Below, piece by piece: positions 50,289 to 60,729 of a stretch of 64,000 nucleotides of DNA. The stretch spans positions 1,189,586 through 1,253,585 of the forward strand of contig OY781875.1 in assembly GCA_963677095.1 (NCBI GenBank), read 5' to 3'. The stretch's first letter is position 1, and the number at the start of each line of letters is the position of its first letter. The stretch comes from an uncultured Bacteroides sp. GTDB lineage: Bacteria > Bacteroidota > Bacteroidia > Bacteroidales > Bacteroidaceae. A program made the translations under genes and the position numbers. The notes under the pieces are model-generated. The model saw only the letters and a list, made by a program, of their open reading frames with translations, did no database searches and had not been told where the DNA came from.

Positions 50289-52256
50289 CTAGATTCCAAT
50301 TGCTTTTAATACAAATACTCCACCGATAATTACTGCAATTAATATAATTGCGACTAAAATAATGATTAGAATGCTATACCAAAACATTAAAATTGTTCGT
50401 GCAAGGCTTTTTGTCCATGTATTCCGGAAAAGCTGTTTATAATCCCACCAAAAAATCAGGAAAATCAGCCAATAAGGTATATCGTACAAATCGTTTAGCT
50501 GTGCTTTTCCATTAAAAGGGAAATAAAGACAGCTGATTAGTAATATTTGTGAAGCAATGTATGCTTGTATGAACAAATGTTCTGTTGAATTTAGTTTTGG
50601 CAGATATGTTCGTTTGCGAAATGCCATTCGGGTGGCTAGGGCAAATAAGGGTAGTGTAACTATAATACTTGCAGCCTTATTTCCATGGGCCCAATGATGT
50701 AACAAACCCCATACTTTTTGCAGGAATGGTATTTGATTTAATTTTTGACTAATATGTTCGTAAATTTTATCTTGAGTTTCTGAGAAGTCTTTAAGTGTAT
50801 TTGTATTCTTGATTTCTGCTGTATCTTTTTTTGAGATATTCTTTGATTTAGAATCAGTAGCACCGAGATATTGCTGAAGCTGCATAATAGTTGCCTTTTG
50901 GTGTACATTTTGAGTTGTGTCCAATTGCTGTTGAAGCCGATTACGCACTGCTGCCATTTGTTCTGTTTGGTTTTCATTTGTATCTTCGCGACTTAATGCA
51001 CTTGGATCAACAAACTTAACCAACAGGATATATATTGCAGCCAAAAGGAATAATGCATGAAAAGGACCGAGGTGATGTACACGTTTTCCTTTTATGAAAT
51101 CACTAATCATATATCCGGGACGGTACAATAATTCCATTAGTGTTCCCCAAAAGCCATGTTCCATGTGACTTAACCCACCGACGATGTTTTTAATGCCATG
51201 GCGAAATGAGAGACGGGTGGTGTTTTTATTCTGTCCACATCTATTGCAGTAATTTCCGGTGTAAGTGTTATTGCAATTCAAACAGACGATTGTTTCTTGA
51301 GTTATTGGAGAGGTAGAGTGCCCTCTGATTTGCTTGAAATGAAATAACCGTATATAATTTCTAGCGGCATTGAGCCATTGAGGAGTAAATCTTCTGATAT
51401 ATCTGGTTGTTTCAGATTTTTGTATAGTGAGTAGAAGAATCAGCAGAAAGATTATTAAGAAAGCGTATGTTCCGGATATTAATAGCTCAATAATAGCTAA
51501 TAATCCCAGTAAAATCAGAGATACGGTTTTGAGCAATCTCTTTCTGTGTTTTTTAGGGGTAGGGGAGTCATCTTCTTTGTTGTTCCTGTTTTTATCTGCT
51601 CCCGGGGAAGGTTGCTGGCTTTCAAGTAATTCTTCCAATGTATTCATTATTTTCACATGCGGATATTGTCGGAGCTGTTCGGCTGTTGTTACGCCATGTA
51701 ATACTCCTGCAAAGTCCACTCCGGCAGCTTCGGCGGTTTCTGCATCTATTGTACTGTCTCCTATATACAGGACCTCTTCTTTGGGAATCTGTAATTGCTT
51801 TATGGCTAAGAATAAACCTTCAGGAGAAGGTTTGGCTTCCTGCACATCTTCTCCACCAATAACAATGTTGAAATAACCTCCCGGCAGGTGCTGATCTAAT
51901 AGCTCTTTTATCCTATATCTATATTTGGTCGAAATAATGCCGATTAATGCACCGGCATCTTTTAGCGCCTGTAATACGGATTTTGTTTCGAGGAATAAAA
52001 CAGTATTTGCGGTCATATAAGTATCGGCCTCTTTGACATACTCTTTTCGGTATGCTTCCAACTGTTCTTTGTCTGATATTCCTGTAAGAATGCTAAAGGA
52101 TTCTTCTAATGTTCTCCCTATTGTACGTTTGATTCCTTCATCAGTTACTTCCGTGAATCCGTGTCGGTTGAGCACGTTTCTGAAGCATGTTAGTATGCCT
52201 TTTGAAGAATCGGCCAAAGTATAATCGAAGTCGAAAAGGTAAACTGAATAACCCAT
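50289..52256 (-). CDS. HAD-family phosphatase fused to a DUF3667-like zinc-ribbon membrane domain
   Basis: N-terminal FDFDYTLADS, KPSPEG and YIGDSTID. Then TM helices, CLNC..YCNRCGQ, and further TMs. Confidence 0.82.
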   Translation of the reverse strand: MGYSVYLFDFDYTLADSSKGILTCFRNVLNRHGFTEVTDEGIKRTIGRTLEESFSILTGISDKEQLEAYRKEYVKEADTYMTANTVLFLETKSVLQALKDAGALIGIISTKYRYRIKELLDQHLPGGYFNIVIGGEDVQEAKPSPEGLFLAIKQLQIPKEEVLYIGDSTIDAETAEAAGVDFAGVLHGVTTAEQLRQYPHVKIMNTLEELLESQQPSPGADKNRNNKEDDSPTPKKHRKRLLKTVSLILLGLLAIIELLISGTYAFLIIFLLILLLTIQKSETTRYIRRFTPQWLNAARNYIRLFHFKQIRGHSTSPITQETIVCLNCNNTYTGNYCNRCGQNKNTTRLSFRHGIKNIVGGLSHMEHGFWGTLMELLYRPGYMISDFIKGKRVHHLGPFHALFLLAAIYILLVKFVDPSALSREDTNENQTEQMAAVRNRLQQQLDTTQNVHQKATIMQLQQYLGATDSKSKNISKKDTAEIKNTNTLKDFSETQDKIYEHISQKLNQIPFLQKVWGLLHHWAHGNKAASIIVTLPLFALATRMAFRKRTYLPKLNSTEHLFIQAYIASQILLISCLYFPFNGKAQLNDLYDIPYWLIFLIFWWDYKQLFRNTWTKSLARTILMFWYSILIIILVAIILIAVIIGGVFVLKAIGI

Positions 52257-52379
52257 AACATCTTTTTTGGAGACAAAGATATAAAAATGCTTATGATTAA
52301 TTCGATTATTGCAACTCTTCCTATGTCTTAAATTTTAGTTTTTAATTCACTAGTGAGATGCTTAGTCAAACTATATTTC

Positions 52380-53210
52380 CTAATTATTAGTTTTTATTCT
52401 ATCTATCTCAATCTTTTTATTAATGAATTTAATCTTTAAGTTGGCTTCTTCTGTCTCTTTTTTTATTTCGGAAATTGCGGAAAGTTTTTGAGCCAATTCA
52501 TATACGTTTATCAACGCCTGAAGATCTTCTGATGGCATTTTTATCGAATAATTTCGATCACCAATAAGGTCAATGCGGATGTTCTTCCCTTTGTTTAAAT
52601 AGAGAAAATCCATAAGACCACCGTCTTCGCCTTTTTTATAGTCTGCTTTTTCTATTTTCTCTCCAAGGTTGCTCGTCTCATAAATGTCTTTGGAGGGAGG
52701 GGTTTGGGCAAAACTTCCGTCTGAGGTGGTTACTTTTACTGCGGTATGATGGATATTGCGGCTTCCACAATAAATAGAAGTCATACTCATAATTCCATTT
52801 TCATTGACTTGGAATCGCAGAAAGGATCGATGTAGGTTCCTCTCAACCGTTTGCGTCGGATAAAGATAATTACCGGTTCTTTGATACTTTACATCTTTTT
52901 CAAATGAGAATTTCTTTTTCATCTGTTCAAAGTCCTTTTTTTTCTGTTGTAATAAGCTGTCCAGGTAGACTAAACTTTTTTTCTGTTCCTTTAGTTCAAT
53001 TTGCTGTAATAATTTAATCCCTTTTTTGCGAGCTTTAAATGCTTTGGGATAGAGTATCTTGATGCTGTCTATCTGAATTTTTGCTTCATTGTAATCTCCT
53101 TTTTCAAATGCATCTTGGGCCATGGCAAGTCTCTCATTTCCTTTCTTATCTGTATCATTACAGCTGATAAACAGGCTGCAAAAACAAACCATAAAAAGTA
53201 TCTTTCTCAT
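52380..53210 (-). CDS. Uncharacterised lipoprotein with a TPR-like N-terminal helix pair
   Basis: Lipobox FISC after MRKILFMVCFCSL. AQDAFEKGDYNEAK..IKILYP resembles a TPR. Confidence 0.75.
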   Translation of the reverse strand: MRKILFMVCFCSLFISCNDTDKKGNERLAMAQDAFEKGDYNEAKIQIDSIKILYPKAFKARKKGIKLLQQIELKEQKKSLVYLDSLLQQKKKDFEQMKKKFSFEKDVKYQRTGNYLYPTQTVERNLHRSFLRFQVNENGIMSMTSIYCGSRNIHHTAVKVTTSDGSFAQTPPSKDIYETSNLGEKIEKADYKKGEDGGLMDFLYLNKGKNIRIDLIGDRNYSIKMPSEDLQALINVYELAQKLSAISEIKKETEEANLKIKFINKKIEIDRIKTNN

Positions 53211-53373
53211 AACATCTCTTTTATATAACCTCGCAAAATTATAAATAATATCCATATCTTTGCACCCTCATTTTTTTAAGTAATTGAAAAAAGTTTGAAG
53301 TGTGAATCAAGTTTTGTTTTAAATCTGAGCATTTGGGCTACTTTTTATTACTTATTTCTTTGTATGTTTGTGT

Positions 53374-54804
53374 ATGATAGAATTGACGACTGCTGAATTA
53401 AAGCAATATTTGAAAGATGATATCTTTAAGCAAATTTCTGAAACGGCAGATATGCTTGGAGTGGAGTGCTATATTGTAGGAGGATATGTACGGGATATTT
53501 TTTTGCAACGACCTTCTAATGATATTGACGTGGTCGTTGTCGGTAGTGGAATTCTCATGGCTCAGGCATTGGCTAATCGGCTAGGAAAGGGAACGCACAT
53601 TTCTATATTTAAGAATTTTGGTACCGCTCAGCTCAAGTATCGTAATTTAGAGGTTGAGTTTGTCGGTGCACGCAAAGAATCATATCAGCATGATTCACGT
53701 AAACCGGCAGTTGAAGATGGTACTTTAGAAGATGACCAAAACAGACGTGACTTTACAATTAACGCACTTGCAATATGTCTTAATAAAGCACGCTTCGGAG
53801 AGTTAATTGATCCGTTTGGTGGGATACAGGATTTAAGAGAAAAGATTATTTGTACTCCTCTTGATCCGGATGTGACATTTAGCGATGATCCCCTGAGGAT
53901 GATGCGCTGCATACGTTTTGCTGCGCAACTAAATTTTTATATTGATGACGATACTTTTGGGTCATTATGCCGTAATTGTGAGCGCATTTCTATTATTTCA
54001 AAAGAGCGGATTGCGGATGAACTGAATAAAATTTTGTTATCGCCTGTTCCTTCAAAAGGTTTTATTGATTTGGATCGCTCCGGTTTATTGGCTTTAATTT
54101 TTCCGGAACTAGTAGCATTGCAAGGGGTGGATACTAAAAACGGTAAAGCACATAAAGATAACTTTTACCATACACTTCAAGTTTTAGACAATATTAGCGA
54201 AGTCACAGATAACTTGTGGTTACGTTGGGCTGCATTGCTGCACGACATAGCCAAACCTGTTACGAAACGTTGGGAACCACGTGTTGGTTGGACATTCCAT
54301 AATCATAATTTTATTGGAGAGAAAATGGTAGGCGATATTTTCCGCAGAATGAAACTGCCAATGAACGAGAAAATGAAATATGTGCAGAAGATGGTAAGTT
54401 TACATATGCGCCCTATTGCTATTGCAGACGATGTAGTGACAGATTCTGCTGTACGACGTCTTCTTTTTGAGGCAGGTGATGATATTGATGATCTTATGAT
54501 GCTTTGCGAAGCAGATATTACTTCTAAAAATTTGGAGCGTAAGCAGCGTTTCTTGCAAAATTTTCAATTAGTCCGTCAAAAATTGAAAGATTTGGAAGAG
54601 CGTGACCGTATCCGTAACTTTCAACCTCCTGTCAGTGGAGAAGAGATCATGAAGACATTTAATCTTCCTCCTTGTCAGAAAGTCGGGGCGTTGAAGAACG
54701 CAATTAAGGATGCGATATTGGATGGCGTCATCCCGAATGAGTATGAGGCTGCTTATGCTTTTATGATTGAACGTGCAAAGAAAATGGGACTCTCCAAAGC
54801 ATAA
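53374..54804 (+). CDS. cca: CCA tRNA nucleotidyltransferase with HD domain
   Basis: Motifs VGGYVRD, DIDVVV, DQNRRDFTINA, DDPLRMMR and LLHDIAK. Confidence 0.9.
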   Translation: MIELTTAELKQYLKDDIFKQISETADMLGVECYIVGGYVRDIFLQRPSNDIDVVVVGSGILMAQALANRLGKGTHISIFKNFGTAQLKYRNLEVEFVGARKESYQHDSRKPAVEDGTLEDDQNRRDFTINALAICLNKARFGELIDPFGGIQDLREKIICTPLDPDVTFSDDPLRMMRCIRFAAQLNFYIDDDTFGSLCRNCERISIISKERIADELNKILLSPVPSKGFIDLDRSGLLALIFPELVALQGVDTKNGKAHKDNFYHTLQVLDNISEVTDNLWLRWAALLHDIAKPVTKRWEPRVGWTFHNHNFIGEKMVGDIFRRMKLPMNEKMKYVQKMVSLHMRPIAIADDVVTDSAVRRLLFEAGDDIDDLMMLCEADITSKNLERKQRFLQNFQLVRQKLKDLEERDRIRNFQPPVSGEEIMKTFNLPPCQKVGALKNAIKDAILDGVIPNEYEAAYAFMIERAKKMGLSKA

Positions 54805-54840
54805 TCTCTATATCGGTGAATCCAAAGTATATGCGCAATA

Positions 54841-56916
54841 TTATAGTGTGTTTTTCTTTTTGAGATAATCATAAAAGACATACTGAGCACGTATTTTCTC
54901 TTTTTGCGGGTTAGGCGATTTCCAACAATTTCGCAGTTCATGATCTACAAAACATGCTTTTCGTTTATCTTTTAACTGGATATGGAGCATATCTGTTAGT
55001 TCTTGTTTCAAGTCGGGATCAAGTACGGGAGCCACAGCTTCTATGCGGCGGTAAAGGTTACGGCGCATCCAATCCGGTGATCCAAGAAACAACAGAGGAT
55101 TTCCGTTATTTCCGAAATACCAGATTCTAGCGTGCTCAAGAAAAGTGTCTACTATGCGCGTTACCCGGATATTGCGACTGTAATCCTGTTCTGGCATGAG
55201 ACAACAGATTCCCCGTACTATTAAATCTATTTCCACTCCGGCTTGAGACGCTTCATATAAGCGGTTTATCATTTCCGTATCCTGAAGTGCATTCATTTTA
55301 AGAATAATTCGTCCTTTCCTTCCTTCTTTTGCTGTTTTTATTTCGTTCTCAATGAGGTTGTTCAATTCGGGAATAAGATTGAATCTGGCAACCAAAAGGC
55401 TTTGAAATACGGGATCTTTTTTCCCTTGTAAGGTTAAAAACAAGTTATGTAAATCACGGACAATTGTTCCGTTGCAGGTAAATAATCCGCAATCGGCGTA
55501 TTGTGTTGCCGTCTCTTCATTGAAATTACCTGTACTGATATAAGCATATCCTTTTTCTCCTTTTCTATTTGTATTCTTGCACAAGATGAGAGCTACTTTG
55601 GCATGTACTTTTAGCTTGGGAATGCTGTATATAATATTAATACCGGATGTTTCCATCATAGTCGCTGTGGCAAGATTGTTTTCTTCATCGAAGCGGGCCT
55701 TTAATTCAACGAATACAGTGATTTTTTTTCCGTTTTGAGCAGCTGCTATCAAGGTGTTAATCACTGCCGAGTTTTCTGCTACTCTGTACTGTGTTATCAT
55801 GATTTCCGACACATTTGGATCATGTACGGCTTCGTATAAAAAATGAATAAAATGCTCGAAAGAATGATAAGGATAATGTAAAAGCAAGTCTTTTTTTTCT
55901 ACATAGTGGAAAATAGATTCTTGCTCATCAAGAAAAGATAACTTCATAGGTTGGAGCCTCTTTATAGGTTGAGTATCTCTCGCTAGATTTGGCAATTTGC
56001 GGAGATCCTCCAGATTGAGATGTCTGTCACCAGGTACCAATTCATTCTCTTCTATATGGAAAGTATCCATTATATATTTCAGAAAATCTAATGGCATAAA
56101 TTGATCGTATACAAAACGGCAAACTGCTCCTATTTTCCGTTTTTTTATTTTTGTCTTTACCTGTTCGATGATTTCAGATGTATTAGCCGAATCGTCGATT
56201 AAAATATCAGCATCTCTGGATATCTTGATGCAGTAGCTACAGTCTATATCATATCCGGGGAAAATATTATCAATGTTTGCTTTGATAATATCTTCAATAT
56301 ACATGATATAATGGTTACTCCCTATTTGAGGTAACTCAATGAAGCGCGGGACCTTACTGTAAGGTAACTTTATGACAAAATACTGCGTGTACTCCGATTG
56401 ATTTGGAAATATTTTCTTTTTTAAATGAAGGCGCACGGCCAGATACAATCTATTGTCCCTAAGAAACGATACGACTCTGTCTTTTGATGCAGGTACAGGT
56501 TGCAGAAAAGGGAATATTTCTTCTCTGAAGAAGCGTCGTACAAAATCAAGATGTTCGGGAACGACTTTTTCATCCTGATAGAAAATGATATGTTGCTGCC
56601 GAAGAGCAGGTATGATTTTTTGTTCGTAGACTCTGATACGTTCTCCCAATTGTCTGTTTACCTCTTGATTGATTTCATCAAGTAGTTCTGTAGCGGAAAG
56701 TAAGGTTTCCTCATCGTTGCGGGCCGCACCACTGACAATTGCCTTATGATCGGCTACACGTATCTTGTAGAATTCTTCAAGATTGGAAGAATAGATAGAC
56801 ATAAAATTAATACGCTCGCATAATGGTAGTGTATCATCTTCTGCTTCCATCAATACCCGGTAGTTGAACGATAACCAACTTATGTCTCGCTTAAAATATC
56901 GATATTGGGTCTCCAT
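54841..56916 (-). CDS. ppk1: Polyphosphate kinase 1
   Basis: Motifs RDISWLSFNYRV, SNLEEFYKIR, LHYPYHSF, ELKARFDEENN, LKVHAK, TGNFN and FLEHARI. Confidence 0.96.
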   Translation of the reverse strand: METQYRYFKRDISWLSFNYRVLMEAEDDTLPLCERINFMSIYSSNLEEFYKIRVADHKAIVSGAARNDEETLLSATELLDEINQEVNRQLGERIRVYEQKIIPALRQQHIIFYQDEKVVPEHLDFVRRFFREEIFPFLQPVPASKDRVVSFLRDNRLYLAVRLHLKKKIFPNQSEYTQYFVIKLPYSKVPRFIELPQIGSNHYIMYIEDIIKANIDNIFPGYDIDCSYCIKISRDADILIDDSANTSEIIEQVKTKIKKRKIGAVCRFVYDQFMPLDFLKYIMDTFHIEENELVPGDRHLNLEDLRKLPNLARDTQPIKRLQPMKLSFLDEQESIFHYVEKKDLLLHYPYHSFEHFIHFLYEAVHDPNVSEIMITQYRVAENSAVINTLIAAAQNGKKITVFVELKARFDEENNLATATMMETSGINIIYSIPKLKVHAKVALILCKNTNRKGEKGYAYISTGNFNEETATQYADCGLFTCNGTIVRDLHNLFLTLQGKKDPVFQSLLVARFNLIPELNNLIENEIKTAKEGRKGRIILKMNALQDTEMINRLYEASQAGVEIDLIVRGICCLMPEQDYSRNIRVTRIVDTFLEHARIWYFGNNGNPLLFLGSPDWMRRNLYRRIEAVAPVLDPDLKQELTDMLHIQLKDKRKACFVDHELRNCWKSPNPQKEKIRAQYVFYDYLKKKNTL

Positions 56917-56971
56917 GTCGTATTAAGATTTGCCCAAATATACTTACCTTTGCGTAGATAAACAAAAGAAA

Positions 56972-57463
56972 ATGACAAAAATAGGATTGTTATCGGATAC
57001 TCACGGTTATTGGGATGAAAAATATCTTCATTATTTTGAACCGTGTGATGAAATATGGCATGCCGGAGATATCGGTTCTTTGGAAGTAGCCAGTAAATTA
57101 GCCGCATTTCGTACATTTAGAGCTGTATACGGAAACATCGATGGACAGAGTATTCGTCAGCTTTATCCTCAAATCAATCGATTTACTGTAGATAATGCTG
57201 AAGTTTTAATCAAGCATATTGGGGGATATCCGGGTAATTACGATTCTTCCATTCGTGGGAGTATAATGGTTCATCCTCCGAAATTATTTATTAGCGGACA
57301 TTCCCATATTTTAAAGGTAAAATATGACAAGACTCTTGGAATGCTCCATATTAATCCGGGTGCTGCCGGTATCTCCGGTTTCCATAAAACCCGGACATTG
57401 GTTCGCTTCGCAATTGACAATGGAATCTTTAAAGATCTTGAAGTTATTGAATTAGCAGATTGA
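56972..57463 (+). CDS. Metallophosphoesterase (YfcE-like)
   Basis: Motifs LSDTHG, HAGDIG, VYGNID, SGHSH and NPGAAG. TACCTTTG box at 56945-56952. Confidence 0.9.
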   Translation: MTKIGLLSDTHGYWDEKYLHYFEPCDEIWHAGDIGSLEVASKLAAFRTFRAVYGNIDGQSIRQLYPQINRFTVDNAEVLIKHIGGYPGNYDSSIRGSIMVHPPKLFISGHSHILKVKYDKTLGMLHINPGAAGISGFHKTRTLVRFAIDNGIFKDLEVIELAD

Positions 57464-57618
57464 TTTTTTACTTTATAATTTTGTAATGTCATAATTCTTT
57501 TCGAAATTTGCGTCCGGAGAATTTGAAGCAACCTTATATTTTGCAAAAGGAAAACTTACTTTTAGTCAGATAAATGAGTTATTAAACTACTCTTTTGGTC
57601 AATCATATAAAGTAAATT

Positions 57619-58491
57619 ATGAAAGGAATTATTCTTGCGGGAGGTAGTGCTACCCGGCTTTATCCCTTATCCAAAGCCATTTCCAAACAGATTATGCCTG
57701 TATACGACAAGCCGATGATTTATTATCCGCTTTCTACGTTAATGTTGGCCGGTATACGTGAAGTTTTGATTATATCGACTCCGCGTGATCTACCGATGTT
57801 CCGTGAATTGTTGGGAGATGGGGCGGATTTGGGTATGTCTTTTTCATATAAGGTCCAAGAAGTGCCTAATGGGCTGGCACAAGCCTTTGTTTTAGGTGCC
57901 GATTTTTTAAAGGGGGAACCGGGTTGCTTGATTTTAGGTGATAATATGTTTTATGGCCAGGGATTTTCAGCAATGCTCCGTCGTGCCGCTTCTATAAATA
58001 AAGGTGCCTGTATATTTGGTTATTATGTGAAAGATCCCCGTGCTTATGGGGTAGTGGAGTTTGATGATTCCGGAAAAGTTATTTCTCTTGAAGAAAAACC
58101 TGCTCAACCGAAAAGCAATTATGCAGTTCCCGGATTGTATTTTTATGATGAAACGGTAACAGCAAAAGCACTAAGTTTAAAGCCTTCCAGTCGCGGTGAA
58201 TATGAAATAACGGATTTAAATCGCTTATATCTGGAAGAGAACACCTTGCAAGTGGAACTTTTCGGTCGTGGTTTCGCATGGCTTGATACGGGAAATTGTG
58301 ATAGTTTGCTTGAAGCTTCCAACTTTGTGGCAACGATACAGAATCGTCAAGGCTTTTATGTTTCTTGCATTGAAGAAATAGCTTGGCGTAATGGGTGGAT
58401 TGATTCCATCCAGCTTCATGTGCTTGGTGAGAAGTTAGGTAAGACAGAATATGGCAAGTATCTTATGGAACTTGCTACTCCTCGTAGTTGA
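57619..58491 (+). CDS. rfbA: Glucose-1-phosphate thymidylyltransferase
   Basis: Motifs GIILAGGSATRLYP, YDKPMIYYPL, LGDN, EEKP, RGEYEITD and WLDTG. Confidence 0.97.
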   Translation: MKGIILAGGSATRLYPLSKAISKQIMPVYDKPMIYYPLSTLMLAGIREVLIISTPRDLPMFRELLGDGADLGMSFSYKVQEVPNGLAQAFVLGADFLKGEPGCLILGDNMFYGQGFSAMLRRAASINKGACIFGYYVKDPRAYGVVEFDDSGKVISLEEKPAQPKSNYAVPGLYFYDETVTAKALSLKPSSRGEYEITDLNRLYLEENTLQVELFGRGFAWLDTGNCDSLLEASNFVATIQNRQGFYVSCIEEIAWRNGWIDSIQLHVLGEKLGKTEYGKYLMELATPRS

Positions 58492-58506
58492 ATTAATTAT
58501 TATAGA

Positions 58507-59649
58507 ATGAAGACATATCTTGTGACCGGTGCTGCCGGATTTATTGGGGCTAACTATATTAAATATATATTGGCCAAACATGATGATATAAAAGTAGTCG
58601 TATTGGATGCGTTGACTTATGCCGGGAATCTGGGTACCATTGCAAAGGATATAGATGATGAACGTTGCTTTTTTGTTAAAGGTAATATTTCCGATCGTAT
58701 ACTTGCAGATGAACTTTTTGCTAAATTCAAGTTTGATTATGTTGTTAACTTTGCTGCTGAAAGTCATGTTGACCGTAGTATTGAAAATCCTCAGCTCTTC
58801 TTGCAAACCAATATCCTTGGCACACAAAATCTGCTTGATGCAGCCCGCCGTGCATGGGTGACGGGAAGGGATGAATACGGATATCCTACTTGGCGTAAAG
58901 GTGTACGATACCATCAGGTCTCTACTGATGAAGTGTATGGCTCTTTGGGTGCTGAAGGTTATTTCACGGAAAAGACCCCGCTTTCTCCTCATAGTCCTTA
59001 TAGCGCTTCGAAGGCCAGTGCCGATTTTGTCGTGATGGCCTACCATGATACATACAAAATGCCGGTAACCATAACTCGCTGTTCTAATAATTATGGACCT
59101 TATCATTTCCCGGAGAAGTTGATTCCGCTAATTATCAAGAATATCCTTGAAGGAAAGAATTTGCCGGTTTATGGTGATGGTAGTAATGTACGCGACTGGC
59201 TTTATGTAGAAGATCATTGCAAAGCGATTGATCTTGTTGTACGTAAGGGCATTGAAGGTGAGATCTACAATGTAGGCGGACATAATGAGAAAACGAATCT
59301 TGAGATTGTAAGGTTGACGATTTCCACAATTCATCGTTTAATGGTTGAGGAGCCTCAATATCGCGAAATCCTGAAGAAGAAGACAAAAGATGCTAATGGT
59401 GAAATAGCCATTGACTGGATAAACGAAGATTTAATCACTTTTGTGAAAGATCGCTTAGGTCACGATCAACGTTATGCCATTGATCCGGAGAAGATTACCA
59501 ATGCCCTTGGGTGGTATCCGGAAACAAAGTTTGAGGACGGAATTGTGAAGACGATTATATGGTACCTCAACAACCAGGAATGGGTAGAGGAAGTGACTAG
59601 TGGCGATTACCAACATTATTACGAAAAAATGTATGGCAAGAGAGGATAA
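58507..59649 (+). CDS. rfbB: dTDP-glucose 4,6-dehydratase
   Basis: Motifs VTGAAGFIG, AAESHVDRSI, STDEVYG, YSASK, CSNNYGP and DRLGHDQRY. Confidence 0.97.
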   Translation: MKTYLVTGAAGFIGANYIKYILAKHDDIKVVVLDALTYAGNLGTIAKDIDDERCFFVKGNISDRILADELFAKFKFDYVVNFAAESHVDRSIENPQLFLQTNILGTQNLLDAARRAWVTGRDEYGYPTWRKGVRYHQVSTDEVYGSLGAEGYFTEKTPLSPHSPYSASKASADFVVMAYHDTYKMPVTITRCSNNYGPYHFPEKLIPLIIKNILEGKNLPVYGDGSNVRDWLYVEDHCKAIDLVVRKGIEGEIYNVGGHNEKTNLEIVRLTISTIHRLMVEEPQYREILKKKTKDANGEIAIDWINEDLITFVKDRLGHDQRYAIDPEKITNALGWYPETKFEDGIVKTIIWYLNNQEWVEEVTSGDYQHYYEKMYGKRG

Positions 59650-59706
59650 GCCTTTCTTGTGGAAAACATTAATGAGGACTGAATAAAACAAAAGAGTAAG
59701 TCACTA

Positions 59707-60597
59707 TTATAAAGTGCTCAATATTAGCCCTATACTTAATAGAATTCCCATAAACAGCATATTACGTGACGTTTCACCTAATATGCTGTTTAATTTTTTG
59801 CCATTATTTATTTTCACCATTCGTTGCCATGTAAGTATATGCGGGTAGAGGTAGATTTGCGGGAGAATTGCCGCCACCAGCTTATCTTGAAATGCAAACC
59901 AAAAGCAAAGGATAGAGGCAATGATGCCAAGCCAGACATAAAAGTATTCTCCGAACTTTCCTCCAAAACGTACAATAAGTGTCCGCTTACCGCTAAGAGC
60001 ATCTTGTTCGCGATCTCTATAGTTATTTACTACCAGAAGAGTATTTATAACTAATCCACAAACAAGAGATGTGATAATGACGTCTATGGTTATAGTATGA
60101 GTTTGTACATAATAGGTTCCTCCCACCGGAACAAAACCAAAAAAGATTAAGACCAAAATATCTCCCAATCCTTGATAAGAAAGAAAAAAGGTATAGAGAA
60201 AGGCAAAAATAACGCAGAATGCTCCTAGAATAACAAGTTCCCAGCCTCCCCAAAAAAGCAGGCCACATCCGAAGATGCACGATAAAGCTACGGTAAAGGC
60301 TATTCCTATTTTCATTGCTTTGGCGCTTATCCATCCCTGCGCACATGCACGTTCCGGCCCGAGACGGTCTTCGCGGTCGGTTCCCTTTAAATAGTCATAT
60401 AGATCATTGATAAAATTTGCAGCAATTTGCATCCCACATGCAAAGCACACGCATAAGAGAGCCGGAATCAGATGGAAGCTATAATCGGCAAGAGCCAGTG
60501 TACTGCCCACCAATACGGGGATTACTGCTCCGGTTAATGTCTTGGGTCGTGCTGCCAGAAACCATGCACGGACAGAGTTCTGCTTGATATTCTCCAT
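59707..60597 (-). CDS. menA: 1,4-dihydroxy-2-naphthoate octaprenyltransferase
   Basis: Motifs ARPKTL, ANFINDLYD..GTD, NNYRDREQD and GKRTL. Multi-TM. Start MENIKQ. Confidence 0.95.
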   Translation of the reverse strand: MENIKQNSVRAWFLAARPKTLTGAVIPVLVGSTLALADYSFHLIPALLCVCFACGMQIAANFINDLYDYLKGTDREDRLGPERACAQGWISAKAMKIGIAFTVALSCIFGCGLLFWGGWELVILGAFCVIFAFLYTFFLSYQGLGDILVLIFFGFVPVGGTYYVQTHTITIDVIITSLVCGLVINTLLVVNNYRDREQDALSGKRTLIVRFGGKFGEYFYVWLGIIASILCFWFAFQDKLVAAILPQIYLYPHILTWQRMVKINNGKKLNSILGETSRNMLFMGILLSIGLILSTL

Positions 60598-60729
60598 TAT
60601 ACCTGTTTTAATTGTGGGACAAATGTACATGAAAAAGCGTGATTAATAAACCGGTTTAATAAATAATCTGGAGTTTTTATAGCAGGCGGAGACTATGAAA
60701 TCAAGATTATCTTCATACTTTTGTCGGTG

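Noticed and set aside
57619-59649. rfbA-rfbB as the start of a capsule locus with an invertible promoter
   Set aside because: There are no upxY/upxZ, wzx/wzy or further sugar genes, and no flanking inverted repeats. It looks like the stand-alone housekeeping pair.
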